DNA of 64,000 nucleotides. It comes from Minisyncoccia bacterium. Lineage in GTDB: Bacteria; Patescibacteriota; Minisyncoccia; Phycocordibacterales; UBA9973. The notes beneath the pieces were generated by a model. It made no database searches, had not been told where the DNA came from, and was given only the letters and a program-made list of their open reading frames with translations. Below, one piece after another: positions 11,881 to 20,850 of the stretch. Made by a program: the position numbers and the translations under genes. Positions within the stretch are counted from its first letter, which is position 1, and every line of letters begins with the position of its first letter. The DNA lies in the NCBI GenBank assembly GCA_049303835.1, contig JBAQNN010000002.1, positions 9,248 through 73,247 of the forward strand, written 5' to 3'.

Positions 11881-12939
11881 TTAAATTAGTCTTTCAAGAC
11901 CCTTTGGATTAAGTGAATATTGATAAGCATTCTCAATAGATATCTCCCCGGCGCGTACGAGCTCAAGCAGTGAATGGTTCAAGTCCACCATACCAGACTC
12001 CATACCCGTCTCTATAACTACATCTATCTCATGGGTACGTTTTTCACGAATCAAATTTGCTACTGCATTATTGTTTAAAAGAAGTTCATAAGCAGGAACG
12101 AGACCTCCTGAAATTTTTGGGACAAGCCTCTGGGAAAAGATGCCGAGCAAAGAAGATGCCAACTGTCCGCGAATTTGGTCCTGTTGACTTCCTGGAAAAG
12201 AATCAATAATTCTATCAATGGTCTGTGAAGCATTGTTGGTATGGAGGGTTGAGAGTACTAGATGCCCTGTCTCGGCTGCGGTTACCGCGGTGGCGATAGT
12301 CTCCGGAGTGCGCATCTCTCCAATCATGATTACGTTTACGTCCTGACGAAATACTTCCTTGAGTGCCACATGAAAGTCCTTGGTATCAATACCAACCTCG
12401 CGTTGATTTATTATAGATTTATTTGGTGTATAGACATGCTCAATCGGGTCTTCTATCGTTATTATATTTCGGGATTGTTCGTTGTTGATGACATTAATCA
12501 TAGCAGACAAGGTAGTAGATTTTCCCTGCCCCACAGGACCAACACAGAGAAAGAATCCCTGCTTTTTACGAGCCAGTTCAGCCAGAATCGGAGGAAGTTT
12601 TAATTCGGACATGGTCTGAACTTTTGGCACCAACCTAAAAACTATATTTATCAAACCTTTCTGAAAAAAAGCATTACCGCGCAGCCTCGCCTCCCCACGA
12701 AAATCATAAGAAAAATCAGCTTCCTGGGTTTCTTTAAAGAGAGAAATTTTTGTTTTATCCATTATCTCACCCAAAAAACCAAGCATATCTTCTTCTGTTA
12801 AAACCGGATGTTTGGTTAAAAATATCAACTCTCCAGCGACTCGGATGACCGGCATACGTCCGGCCCCCAGATGTAAATCAGATCCATCTTCATGGATGAC
12901 ATTTAAAATAAGCGTTTCTAATTCTTTTTTATAATCCAT
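11881..12939 (-). CDS. pilT: Twitching-motility / retraction ATPase PilT
   Basis: GSDLHL N-terminal motif, Walker A GPVGQGKSTT, ~350 aa. Confidence 0.8.
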   Translation of the reverse strand: MDYKKELETLILNVIHEDGSDLHLGAGRMPVIRVAGELIFLTKHPVLTEEDMLGFLGEIMDKTKISLFKETQEADFSYDFRGEARLRGNAFFQKGLINIVFRLVPKVQTMSELKLPPILAELARKKQGFFLCVGPVGQGKSTTLSAMINVINNEQSRNIITIEDPIEHVYTPNKSIINQREVGIDTKDFHVALKEVFRQDVNVIMIGEMRTPETIATAVTAAETGHLVLSTLHTNNASQTIDRIIDSFPGSQQDQIRGQLASSLLGIFSQRLVPKISGGLVPAYELLLNNNAVANLIREKRTHEIDVVIETGMESGMVDLNHSLLELVRAGEISIENAYQYSLNPKGLERLI

Positions 12940-12954
12940 AAATTTGTTATATTT

Positions 12955-13356
12955 TTATTTTAAAACAGAAACCTTTTCCTGTAAAATTTTTACAACTTGT
13001 TCAATAACCTCAGCTGGAGTGAAATTTGCTTTTACGATATAACCTGACACTCCCAACTTTTTACCTTCATCTATGTCTCGTTGTTCACTTTTGTTTGATA
13101 AAATTATTTTTATACAATCCGGAGATAATTTTTGGGTGTTTATCTCTGATAATGCTTCAAAACCATTCATTTCCGGCATGATTATATCCATCAGCATCAC
13201 ATCAGGGCTGAGCCCCGCCTTCAACTTCTCCAGGGCATTGACGCCACTCGCGGCGGTGTAAACTTCAAAATTATTTTGACTAAATTTGAGAGCATACATA
13301 TCCAAAAGAAAGTTGTCATCATCTACTATTAAAATTTTTCTTTTATTTCCTTCCAT
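12955..13356 (-). CDS. Single-domain response regulator (CheY-like receiver)
   Basis: ILIVDDDNFLLDMY...DVMLMDIIMPEMNGFEAL receiver motifs. 133 aa, no output domain. Confidence 0.75.
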   Translation of the reverse strand: MEGNKRKILIVDDDNFLLDMYALKFSQNNFEVYTAASGVNALEKLKAGLSPDVMLMDIIMPEMNGFEALSEINTQKLSPDCIKIILSNKSEQRDIDEGKKLGVSGYIVKANFTPAEVIEQVVKILQEKVSVLK

Positions 13357-13399
13357 ATATTTCTCTCATTCTAATTATATCACAACCCAAGCACCCAAA

Positions 13400-15148
13400 C
13401 TATTCTTTTTCGCTATTAAAGTTATAAACTTCAGTGAAAGGTATGATGCCGTCTAAAGATTTCAGCATTGCATCCTCTCTCATCATGAGCATGCCTTTAT
13501 TGCGGGCGGATTTATAAATGGCTTCGTTGGTCGGATTCTTCAGGATTACGGCCTGCATTTCTTTATCTATCTTAAACATCTCAAAGACTGCGATACGACC
13601 CCTGGTGCCGGAAGGACATTCCCCAGAAGGAACTGTCTCATACATCTCTTTTTTCAAAGAAAGATCCTTTTTGAATTCTTCTGGCAAGTCTTTCATCTGT
13701 TCCTCTACTTGTTTTAAAATTCCAGGATCCATGGGAACAAGCTTTCGCGAAGAGGGACAGGTCATCCTGGCTAGACGTTGAGCAATAGAAACGATAAGAG
13801 TAGGCGCTATCAAGTACGGGTCAACGCCCATATCCACCAGACGAGGAACAGCTCCGATGGCGTTGTTGGTGTGAAGAGTAGATATCACAAGGTGTCCCGT
13901 CAGAGCCGCTTGGATGGCAAGTTGCGCGGTTTCCTTGTCTCGTATTTCTCCCACCATTATAATATCGGGGTCTTGACGCAAAATTGAACGTAAACCGGAA
14001 GCAAAAGTATACCCGATCTCCGGCATCATCTGAGACTGGTTGATGTCCGGCATATGATACTCCACTGGATCTTCCAGGGAGATGATGTTGCTTTTTTCCT
14101 TATCCAATTCATTCATTATTGAATATAGAGTAGTGGATTTTCCGGAACCAGTCGGACCGGTAATCAAAATAAGTCCATATGGTCTTTTTATTGCTTCTCT
14201 GATTATATTTAAATTCACTTCAGATAAACCAAGTTGATCTAGAGGTTTGACACCTTTTTCTGAATCCAGAATACGCATTACTACTTTTTCTCCATAATAC
14301 GCAGGCATTGTAGAAACACGAAAATCAATCTTTCGTCCGTCAATGTTGGTGCTAAAAGATCCATCTTGAGGCTTGCGTTTTTCATCCAAGCGCAGTTTGG
14401 CCAATATTTTTATACGCGCAATAATTCCACCATAAACATTTGGGGGTAGCACTATGGAAGTGTGGAGCTCTCCATCTACTCTAAAACGTACCTTGACTTT
14501 TTCACCTGTAAATTCAATGTGAATATCGGAAGCGTCTCCTTCTATGGCGTTACGTAATAAAACAGCCACTATCTTTATCACCGGAGCATCTTCAACGATT
14601 TTTGTTTCTTCCCCTGGTTTGATATTTTTAATTTCTTTACTTAGATTTTCTACACTTAAATTTTTAACATCTGCTGTTTCTTCCTGATTTATTTCATTCA
14701 GGGCTTCTTCTACTTGACTTCCCAAGCCTTTATATGTTTGCATTACACTCTCATAATCACTCTTGGAAATAAGAAAAACCTTAAAAGGAAGACCTATTTT
14801 ATTGGAGATGAACTGTAGAGCATCCATGGCTTGAGCATTTTCCGGATCCATGACACCCACCTCTAGTACACCATCCCTTAGTTCAATTGGAACAAAGCGA
14901 TAATGCAAGGCCGAATCCTCTGAAATATATTTCAAGGCACCAAAAGAGACATCTTGTGAATTTAGATTTCTTATTGGAATACCCAGGTACTCTCCTTTTG
15001 CTTCAAGGATTTTTTCTTCCGATACGCCAAACTCAAGCAAGGCTTGTTCGGCATCACCATTGTACTCCTGCTTAGCACGACTTTTTATTCCACCTATTTG
15101 GCTACTTTCTATAACTCCCTTTTTGGCTAATACTTCTAAAAAACTCAT
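13400..15148 (-). CDS. pilB: Type IV pilus extension ATPase PilB (GspE family)
   Basis: T2SSE_N-like N-terminus, Walker A GPTGSGKSTT, tetracysteine CPSS..CPSG motif. Confidence 0.85.
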   Translation of the reverse strand: MSFLEVLAKKGVIESSQIGGIKSRAKQEYNGDAEQALLEFGVSEEKILEAKGEYLGIPIRNLNSQDVSFGALKYISEDSALHYRFVPIELRDGVLEVGVMDPENAQAMDALQFISNKIGLPFKVFLISKSDYESVMQTYKGLGSQVEEALNEINQEETADVKNLSVENLSKEIKNIKPGEETKIVEDAPVIKIVAVLLRNAIEGDASDIHIEFTGEKVKVRFRVDGELHTSIVLPPNVYGGIIARIKILAKLRLDEKRKPQDGSFSTNIDGRKIDFRVSTMPAYYGEKVVMRILDSEKGVKPLDQLGLSEVNLNIIREAIKRPYGLILITGPTGSGKSTTLYSIMNELDKEKSNIISLEDPVEYHMPDINQSQMMPEIGYTFASGLRSILRQDPDIIMVGEIRDKETAQLAIQAALTGHLVISTLHTNNAIGAVPRLVDMGVDPYLIAPTLIVSIAQRLARMTCPSSRKLVPMDPGILKQVEEQMKDLPEEFKKDLSLKKEMYETVPSGECPSGTRGRIAVFEMFKIDKEMQAVILKNPTNEAIYKSARNKGMLMMREDAMLKSLDGIIPFTEVYNFNSEKE

Positions 15149-15159
15149 AATAAATTTAA

Positions 15160-15633
15160 TTAGGGCTTCGCTGGTGGAGTTTCTATGATTGGTGCACTTG
15201 GCGGAGTAGCCGAAGCACCAGAATTGCCTGATACTGGATCAACAGAAGAAGGAGCGGGAATATTTATATTTTCTTGTACTGGCACAGAATCATTCCCAAA
15301 TTTAGCAAAAGGATTTGGCCTGCCTTCATTTCCGTCTGGTTCCAGTGTAATACTGGAATCACGCAGACTGAGAAAAGCAGGATCAGATAGAATCTGATCA
15401 TTTAATTTTATATTTTTGACGTTCAACAAAAGTGAGAGAAAATCTTTTGCGACTAGTGGTGCTCCCACAGATCCAGAAACAGTATCTGTGGAGTTATTTA
15501 TATCTGGCAGCGTTGTCGCTGGTAAAGAGACTAAATTTTCTTCGTCCGGGGATGGCCTTAAAAAAAAGACATAGCCTAAAACAAAAGTAGCCGCTATCGC
15601 CGTAAATATTATAATGTTTTTGATTTTTGGCAT
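15160..15633 (-). CDS. Membrane-anchored Pro/Ser-rich protein (possible PilP-like pilus assembly component)
   Basis: Single N-terminal TM. Sits between pilO-like and pilB. Confidence 0.3.
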   Translation of the reverse strand: MPKIKNIIIFTAIAATFVLGYVFFLRPSPDEENLVSLPATTLPDINNSTDTVSGSVGAPLVAKDFLSLLLNVKNIKLNDQILSDPAFLSLRDSSITLEPDGNEGRPNPFAKFGNDSVPVQENINIPAPSSVDPVSGNSGASATPPSAPIIETPPAKP

Positions 15634-15643
15634 ATTTTTATTC

Positions 15644-16237
15644 TTAATTTTTTAGCCAATAAGTTTTAATTTTAAAATCATACTTATAAACTTCTTTAGA
15701 AGTTGTCTTTTCACTTACATCTACAATATTGTCAGAAGAAAAAGTAACTGAGGATACATCTACAATTCTTAGATTATTTTCAAGATCTTTAGTGAAATTA
15801 ATAAAATTATTATATGTTCCTGATGTTGAAAACTCTAAGTCAAAAACTCCATAATCTTTCGGCTCTTCTTTTGTTATTCTATTTGTTATGGCTGTATCAT
15901 CCGTGTCTACCTTTTCTGCCGTGTTGTATTTTACATCTTTCAACACCATGCCGTAAGGCGTGGCAATCTTTTCTATCTCTAGGATTAAACGGATATTGTC
16001 TACATTCTCCGGAAGGAGCTTTTTTATTCTGGTTAAGTTTTCCGGATTAATTGCATTATATTTTGCAGTCAATTTATCACGCTCGTTCTCCAGTGCTTTT
16101 GCGTTATCAAGTGCTTCGTTGTAAGAAGTTTTCTCTTCTTTCAGTACAGATATTTCATTGAAAAGAGGATTGGCAAATAGAAAAAATACAGAGATAGATA
16201 TTCCTATTAGCACAATTGGCATGATAAATCTTATCAT
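15644..16237 (-). CDS. PilO-like pilus assembly protein
   Basis: N-terminal TM followed by a coiled-coil region, in the pilM-N-O position. Confidence 0.45.
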   Translation of the reverse strand: MIRFIMPIVLIGISISVFFLFANPLFNEISVLKEEKTSYNEALDNAKALENERDKLTAKYNAINPENLTRIKKLLPENVDNIRLILEIEKIATPYGMVLKDVKYNTAEKVDTDDTAITNRITKEEPKDYGVFDLEFSTSGTYNNFINFTKDLENNLRIVDVSSVTFSSDNIVDVSEKTTSKEVYKYDFKIKTYWLKN

Positions 16238-16244
16238 AAAAAGT

Positions 16245-16841
16245 TTAGCTTTCTGTTAAAAATGTCTGTTTGTAATTTACAAAACTCGGATCAACCAAAA
16301 ACTCCAAATCAAAAAGAACATTCCCGCTATCGTCTAACGTCAGGTTGGAAAAAACCGGATCAATTAGATTCTTGTTTTGAGTAAAGAGATCTGATTGCAA
16401 AGCGATAGAACGATAACCCAATGCTTCTCCGGAGATCTTGATCTTTACCGATAAATTATTCTCAGTATCCAATTCGTAGCTAAATTTGGTATAACGAACT
16501 GTTTTCATTGTAAGTCTCTCAAGCGCCTCAAAAACAGGAGTGGTAGTCAGGTGCTTGGACAAAATCTCACTGGATGCACGCAAACGTTTATCCAACACTT
16601 GAAGCTCTGCGATTTTAGCAGGCTCAAAACGATTCTTGGCTAAATTTAAACTGTTTTCCATGCTTGCAATATTTTTCCCGACAATTTGTTTGTAGAAATA
16701 AAGTCCACCAGTGATGATCAGCACGGCAAATAGAACAAATAAGGAACCCACTAAAAATATGCTAACAGATCGTGAAGGAGCAGTACGCTCTTTGACGACT
16801 GGTTTCTGGGGTATAAATGATGTTTGAAAATTTTGCTCCAT
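16245..16841 (-). CDS. PilN-like pilus assembly protein
   Basis: TM plus coiled coil. Start moved to MEQNFQT to avoid overlap with pilM. Confidence 0.45.
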   Translation of the reverse strand: MEQNFQTSFIPQKPVVKERTAPSRSVSIFLVGSLFVLFAVLIITGGLYFYKQIVGKNIASMENSLNLAKNRFEPAKIAELQVLDKRLRASSEILSKHLTTTPVFEALERLTMKTVRYTKFSYELDTENNLSVKIKISGEALGYRSIALQSDLFTQNKNLIDPVFSNLTLDDSGNVLFDLEFLVDPSFVNYKQTFLTES

Positions 16842-16863
16842 TTTCTTTATTCTATTATCGCAT

Positions 16864-17991
16864 TTATTGTAATTTTCGCAATGCCAAACCGAGCGCAACT
16901 GCAAATTCAGGACCCATAGTCAAAAGAACTTTTTCTAAAAATGCCGGCGCACCAACTTTTGAAAAAGGATGCCCTATTTCTATCTCTGCGTTAAAGTTCC
17001 CCGTAGCCACCTCCTGAATCCCTTTTAGTAAAGATCCGCCACCTGTAAATATCACCTTGCTGATAGTGCGACCATCTTTCTTCTCGTATCCTAATAATAC
17101 ATTATTAATTTCAGAAAAGATATAGTCAATATGAACTTTTATGATATCAACTAAACTTTTTTCAGCAGGATTTCCAAAAAGACCAAATTCTTTTTTCATT
17201 TTTTCCGCATCAGAAAAAGGAATACCCAAAGATTTGGAAATAGAATTTGTAATATCTGCTCCCCCTCTATCTATGGTGTGATAACTTTTAATCATGCCGA
17301 ATTCCACAATAGAAAGTTTAGTAGAGGACGCCCCAAAATCTACCAACAAAACAGGAGAAAGCTCATGCTCAAAATTTGCCCGAATAGATGAAAATACTTC
17401 AATCTCCAGAAAAGAAGCGGACAATTTGCTCTCTGAGACGATAGAACGATATCTTGCGACTGCATCATTTTGAGTAGCGACAACCAACACTGTTATTTTG
17501 CCTCCATCATTGGCCATCAAATCTGGATTGTTCATCTCCTCAAAAGAAGCCTCTTTTTTCGGTAATACAAAATAATCAATAGAAACTTCGGTTATTGGAA
17601 CAGGAATATATTTGCGAGCCTCTGTTGGAACAATGGTGGCGATATCGGATCTCCCCACTTGTGAGGGGAGATCTATGGTAAAAATCAAACTTGATTGGAC
17701 TGGAAGAGAAATGGCCAAAGATTTACTGGTAACATCTGAATGCTTGAGTACTTCTGTTAGAGCTACGGCAATTTTATCAACTGGAAGATTGGTGACTTCC
17801 CCGGCCTCAATATCAGCATAAGGACCAAGGGCAATAGAACCATAAGTTTCCAACATCGCCTTCCCCCCTTTTCGTTTGATTTCCACTACTTTTATAGCGG
17901 AAGAGCCTATGTCCACCCCGACAGCACTATCCACATCACCACCCCCAATCTTGCTGAACCCCGAAAAAAAATTTTTCAATAAATTATTCAT
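16864..17991 (-). CDS. pilM: Type IV pilus assembly ATPase-like protein PilM (actin-like fold)
   Basis: N-terminal VGVDIGSSAIKVVEI, 375 aa. Confidence 0.8.
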   Translation of the reverse strand: MNNLLKNFFSGFSKIGGGDVDSAVGVDIGSSAIKVVEIKRKGGKAMLETYGSIALGPYADIEAGEVTNLPVDKIAVALTEVLKHSDVTSKSLAISLPVQSSLIFTIDLPSQVGRSDIATIVPTEARKYIPVPITEVSIDYFVLPKKEASFEEMNNPDLMANDGGKITVLVVATQNDAVARYRSIVSESKLSASFLEIEVFSSIRANFEHELSPVLLVDFGASSTKLSIVEFGMIKSYHTIDRGGADITNSISKSLGIPFSDAEKMKKEFGLFGNPAEKSLVDIIKVHIDYIFSEINNVLLGYEKKDGRTISKVIFTGGGSLLKGIQEVATGNFNAEIEIGHPFSKVGAPAFLEKVLLTMGPEFAVALGLALRKLQ

Positions 17992-18019
17992 CTTGTTTTA
18001 TGCTAAAATTATAACATAA

Positions 18020-18721
18020 ATGCGTTTTTTAAACACCATATTAGACATAGTTTTCCCCGCAAAATGTGTATTGTGCGGTAAAACTGGGATTGATTTATGT
18101 AGAAGATGCTTGCAAAACGTACCTGAGGCACAAAGGGAAAGTGCGAGGTGGATTTTTCCACTTTATGACTATCGCGATAAAACCATCAAAAAATCGCTGT
18201 GGCTTCTAAAATATAGAGGTAGAAAAAGATTGGCCAATATTTTTGCGGAAAATATATATGAAAAAATCGTAGAAGAACTCTCCGATTTGAGTATCATGGA
18301 AAACTTCCATGATCCGATTCTGATTCCTATTCCCCTGTCACGAAAAAGATACCGAGAACGCGGATTCAATCAAGCGCAACTAATCTGTGAGGAAATAGTG
18401 AAAATAAATAATCTACGCTCCGCCTCCGCTAAGGAGGCGGCGGACAAGCATGGCGTAAATATAAAATTAGAAAATAATATTTTAATCAAACCCAGAGACA
18501 CTTTGCACCAAGCACACATCAAGAATCGTAACGCCAGGTTAAAAAACATGATTGGCACGTTTGCGATAAAAGATGAGGCGAGAAGAAAAGATTTATTGAA
18601 AGGGAAAAATATAATTTTGATAGATGATATCCTGACTACTGGCGCTACTTTAAACGAAGCCAGGAAAGTTTTGAGGCAAGCGGGTGCACGCAAAATTATA
18701 GCCTTTACGGTGGCGCATTAG
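18020..18721 (+). CDS. comFC: ComF-family competence protein (phosphoribosyltransferase domain, ComFC-like)
   Basis: N-terminal CxxC..CxxC zinc finger and PRTase motif IILIDDILTTGATLNEA. Confidence 0.7.
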   Translation: MRFLNTILDIVFPAKCVLCGKTGIDLCRRCLQNVPEAQRESARWIFPLYDYRDKTIKKSLWLLKYRGRKRLANIFAENIYEKIVEELSDLSIMENFHDPILIPIPLSRKRYRERGFNQAQLICEEIVKINNLRSASAKEAADKHGVNIKLENNILIKPRDTLHQAHIKNRNARLKNMIGTFAIKDEARRKDLLKGKNIILIDDILTTGATLNEARKVLRQAGARKIIAFTVAH

Positions 18722-18746
18722 AACATATTTTTGTATACTACCTCTT

Positions 18747-19934
18747 ATGAAACATTGCAAAGATTGTGAACCGGCCCAAGAAATACACCTAGTCGCTTAT
18801 TTGTCTGTAGTCTTTGGTTGGATAGACCAGCCACTTTTTGATTTAATGGAAATAATTTTTAAGAACACCGCCGAGGCCATCTCCAATAAAATATCCCTTC
18901 CCTTTTTTAAGTTGATGACTTTTTTGAAACTTGGATACTATAGCGATGAACCGGATGCAAAAGATAGCTGGAGAACAAAATGTTTTTGGGAAGAAGCCAA
19001 GAGACGTGAAATAAAAATGCGCGAATTTCATCTGGGTCCTGTCAGAGACGGTTTCGTGGCGGAATATAAAGGCAAGACTATTCTTTTTGATGGCTTACCT
19101 CGCCCAGGTTTTAAAGAATCTTCCGCACTTAAATGGATGGACAACAAAGGCACAATGAAGCAAAAATTTTTAAAAGAGGGGTTGCCGGTAGCTCCTGGAG
19201 GAGTGGCCTTTACCAAAAAAACTGCACTTAAAATTTTCAATAGTATCCAAAAACCTGTCATTACTAAACCAAACCTGGGTTCCAGAAGTAGACATACGAT
19301 GATCCACATAAATAATGAAGAAGATCTGACAATAGGCTTTAAAAAAGCTAAAAAGCTTTCCCCTCTCGTCGTCATTGAAGAAGAATTGAGTGGAGATCTA
19401 TTTAGGGGTACCTTAATCGGTGGTGAATTAGTGGGTGTGGTAAAACGAGATCAGCCGGCAGTTTTGGGAGATGGTATTCACACGGTACAAGAATTATTGG
19501 ATGAAGAAAACAAAAGACCAGAGCGCAAAGGTCCAATCTTCCATGAAATATCAATAGATAAAGAAGCTCTGGAAGAACTAAGAAGACAAAATGTAAAACT
19601 TGAAAATATCTCTGAAAAAGATAGAGTAATAACCTTTTCACAAAAGACCAGCCGAAGCTGCGGCGGAACAACTACAGAAGTAACCGACATTATTCACCCA
19701 GATAACGTGGAGATGCTGGAGCATGTAGGCAGATTTCTACAGGACCCACTGGTAGGAGTAGACTTGATAATCGGAGACATAACTAAATCATGGAAAGAAC
19801 AACACCATTGCGGAATCATTGAGTGCAATAGTCTGCCATTTATAGATCTGCATCATTATGTGATGTTTGGAAAACCACAAAACGTCGCCGGCCGTCTCTG
19901 GGATTTAGTTTTACCAGAATCCAAAAGTGTCTAA
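18747..19934 (+). CDS. ATP-grasp domain protein (resembles the ATP-grasp module of cyanophycin synthetase)
   Basis: PVITKPNLGSRSRHTMIHINNEEDL and VLGDGIHTVQELLDEENKRPER..HEISIDKEAL, as seen in CphA-type ATP-grasp domains. Confidence 0.4.
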   Translation: MKHCKDCEPAQEIHLVAYLSVVFGWIDQPLFDLMEIIFKNTAEAISNKISLPFFKLMTFLKLGYYSDEPDAKDSWRTKCFWEEAKRREIKMREFHLGPVRDGFVAEYKGKTILFDGLPRPGFKESSALKWMDNKGTMKQKFLKEGLPVAPGGVAFTKKTALKIFNSIQKPVITKPNLGSRSRHTMIHINNEEDLTIGFKKAKKLSPLVVIEEELSGDLFRGTLIGGELVGVVKRDQPAVLGDGIHTVQELLDEENKRPERKGPIFHEISIDKEALEELRRQNVKLENISEKDRVITFSQKTSRSCGGTTTEVTDIIHPDNVEMLEHVGRFLQDPLVGVDLIIGDITKSWKEQHHCGIIECNSLPFIDLHHYVMFGKPQNVAGRLWDLVLPESKSV

Positions 19935-20425
19935 AATTTATTTATTGTAATTTCTGATTTCGGATCAAACGCATTCGGATCCATTTTTAAATGTGAGACG
20001 TGCTTTTCTTGTGTGACATAAGAACCCAAGAATTTCAAAAAGTCTTCCGTCTTGTCCATTTCTCCTTTTTCTTCCATATGTTCCAGTGGATGTGCTTCAG
20101 GAGTAAATTCAAAATGTCCACATATTTCCCCGTCCTTGTAAACCCGCAAATGATACTGATCTTGAAAATCCATCAACTTCCTCCAACTCAAAACTTGATC
20201 TTCGTCTATCCAAGCGATGAAGTGATTGCCAAAACCCCATTTATCATGCAGATGATTTTTTAATTCTTCCAAGGTCTTTCCAGGGGCCAACCATCCTATG
20301 TGGTATCTCTGCCTTCCCTTTTTATGCCAAACTAGCCCTATCTTCAAAAGAAATTGTCTGATAGGCAAAAAGAATTTATAAATAAAATTCCAGATATCTT
20401 GTTTAATTTTATCAAAAAATGTCAT
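19931..20425 (-). CDS. Hypothetical protein
   Basis: Clean ORF. Start taken at MTFFDK (ATG) so it does not overlap the tRNA. Confidence 0.4.
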   Translation of the reverse strand: MTFFDKIKQDIWNFIYKFFLPIRQFLLKIGLVWHKKGRQRYHIGWLAPGKTLEELKNHLHDKWGFGNHFIAWIDEDQVLSWRKLMDFQDQYHLRVYKDGEICGHFEFTPEAHPLEHMEEKGEMDKTEDFLKFLGSYVTQEKHVSHLKMDPNAFDPKSEITINKF

Positions 20426-20450
20426 GGCAATACTATAACACAAAACCCTG

Positions 20451-20539
20451 CGGAGCCGGACGGATTCGAACCGTCGAGGGGTTTTGAAGCCCCTGCCTCT
20501 TTAGCAAAGAGGTACGTTAGACCACTCTGACACGGCTCC
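20451..20539 (-). tRNA. tRNA-Ser (anticodon GCT), type II
   Basis: Acceptor GGAGCCG/CGGCTCC, anticodon arm CCTCT-TTGCTAA-AGAGG, long variable arm, T-arm GACGG-TTCGAAT-CCGTC. CCA not encoded. Confidence 0.8.
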
Positions 20540-20629
20540 GTACGTAATTAAATAATTACTTAATTACGTAGTTACTCTAGCATATTTGTTTCATTTTTCC
20601 ATTTTTCTGCTATACTCCTTTTAAGTTTA

Positions 20630-20744
20630 GGAGAGATGGGTGAGATGGGCAAGGAGGCAACTGCTTGCCTCCGAGCCGGCACGAAGTGCAGGCCACGAAC
20701 CCATCGAATCGCGCAAGCGACTCCGTTTAAGCGGAGCTAATATA
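20630..20744 (+). other. tRNA-like fragment: duplicate of the first 15 nt of the downstream tRNA, then a ~100-nt GC-rich structured segment
   Basis: GGAGAGATGGGTGAG is identical to the 5' end of the tRNA at 20746. It is followed by an 8-bp stem GGAGGCAA-CTGC-TTGCCTCC and the hairpin GACTCCG-TTTAA-GCGGAGC. Confidence 0.3.
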
Positions 20745-20745
20745 C

Positions 20746-20835
20746 GGAGAGATGGGTGAGTGGCTTAAACCAACAGTTTACTAAACTGTCGTCCCCTTAA
20801 AAGGACCGAGGGTTCGAATCCCTCTCTCTCCGCCA
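20746..20835 (+). tRNA. Type II tRNA (long variable arm) with an atypical anticodon loop. The standard cloverleaf gives anticodon ACT (Ser-like); a one-nt register shift gives CTA
   Basis: Acceptor GGAGAGA/TCTCTCC, anticodon hairpin ACAGT-TTACTAA-ACTGT, variable arm CGTCCCCTTAAAAGGACC, T-arm GAGGG-TTCGAAT-CCCTC, encoded CCA. Confidence 0.55.
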
Positions 20836-20850
20836 AAACATTTCAATGAT

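Noticed and set aside
20746-20835. Interpretation of the odd tRNA as a constitutive amber suppressor, implying genetic code reassignment
   Set aside because: TAG is used as a genuine stop (ligA ends in TAG at 3679-3681) and the long ORFs show no in-frame TAG. The register is also ambiguous (ACU versus CUA). It is kept only as a flagged oddity.
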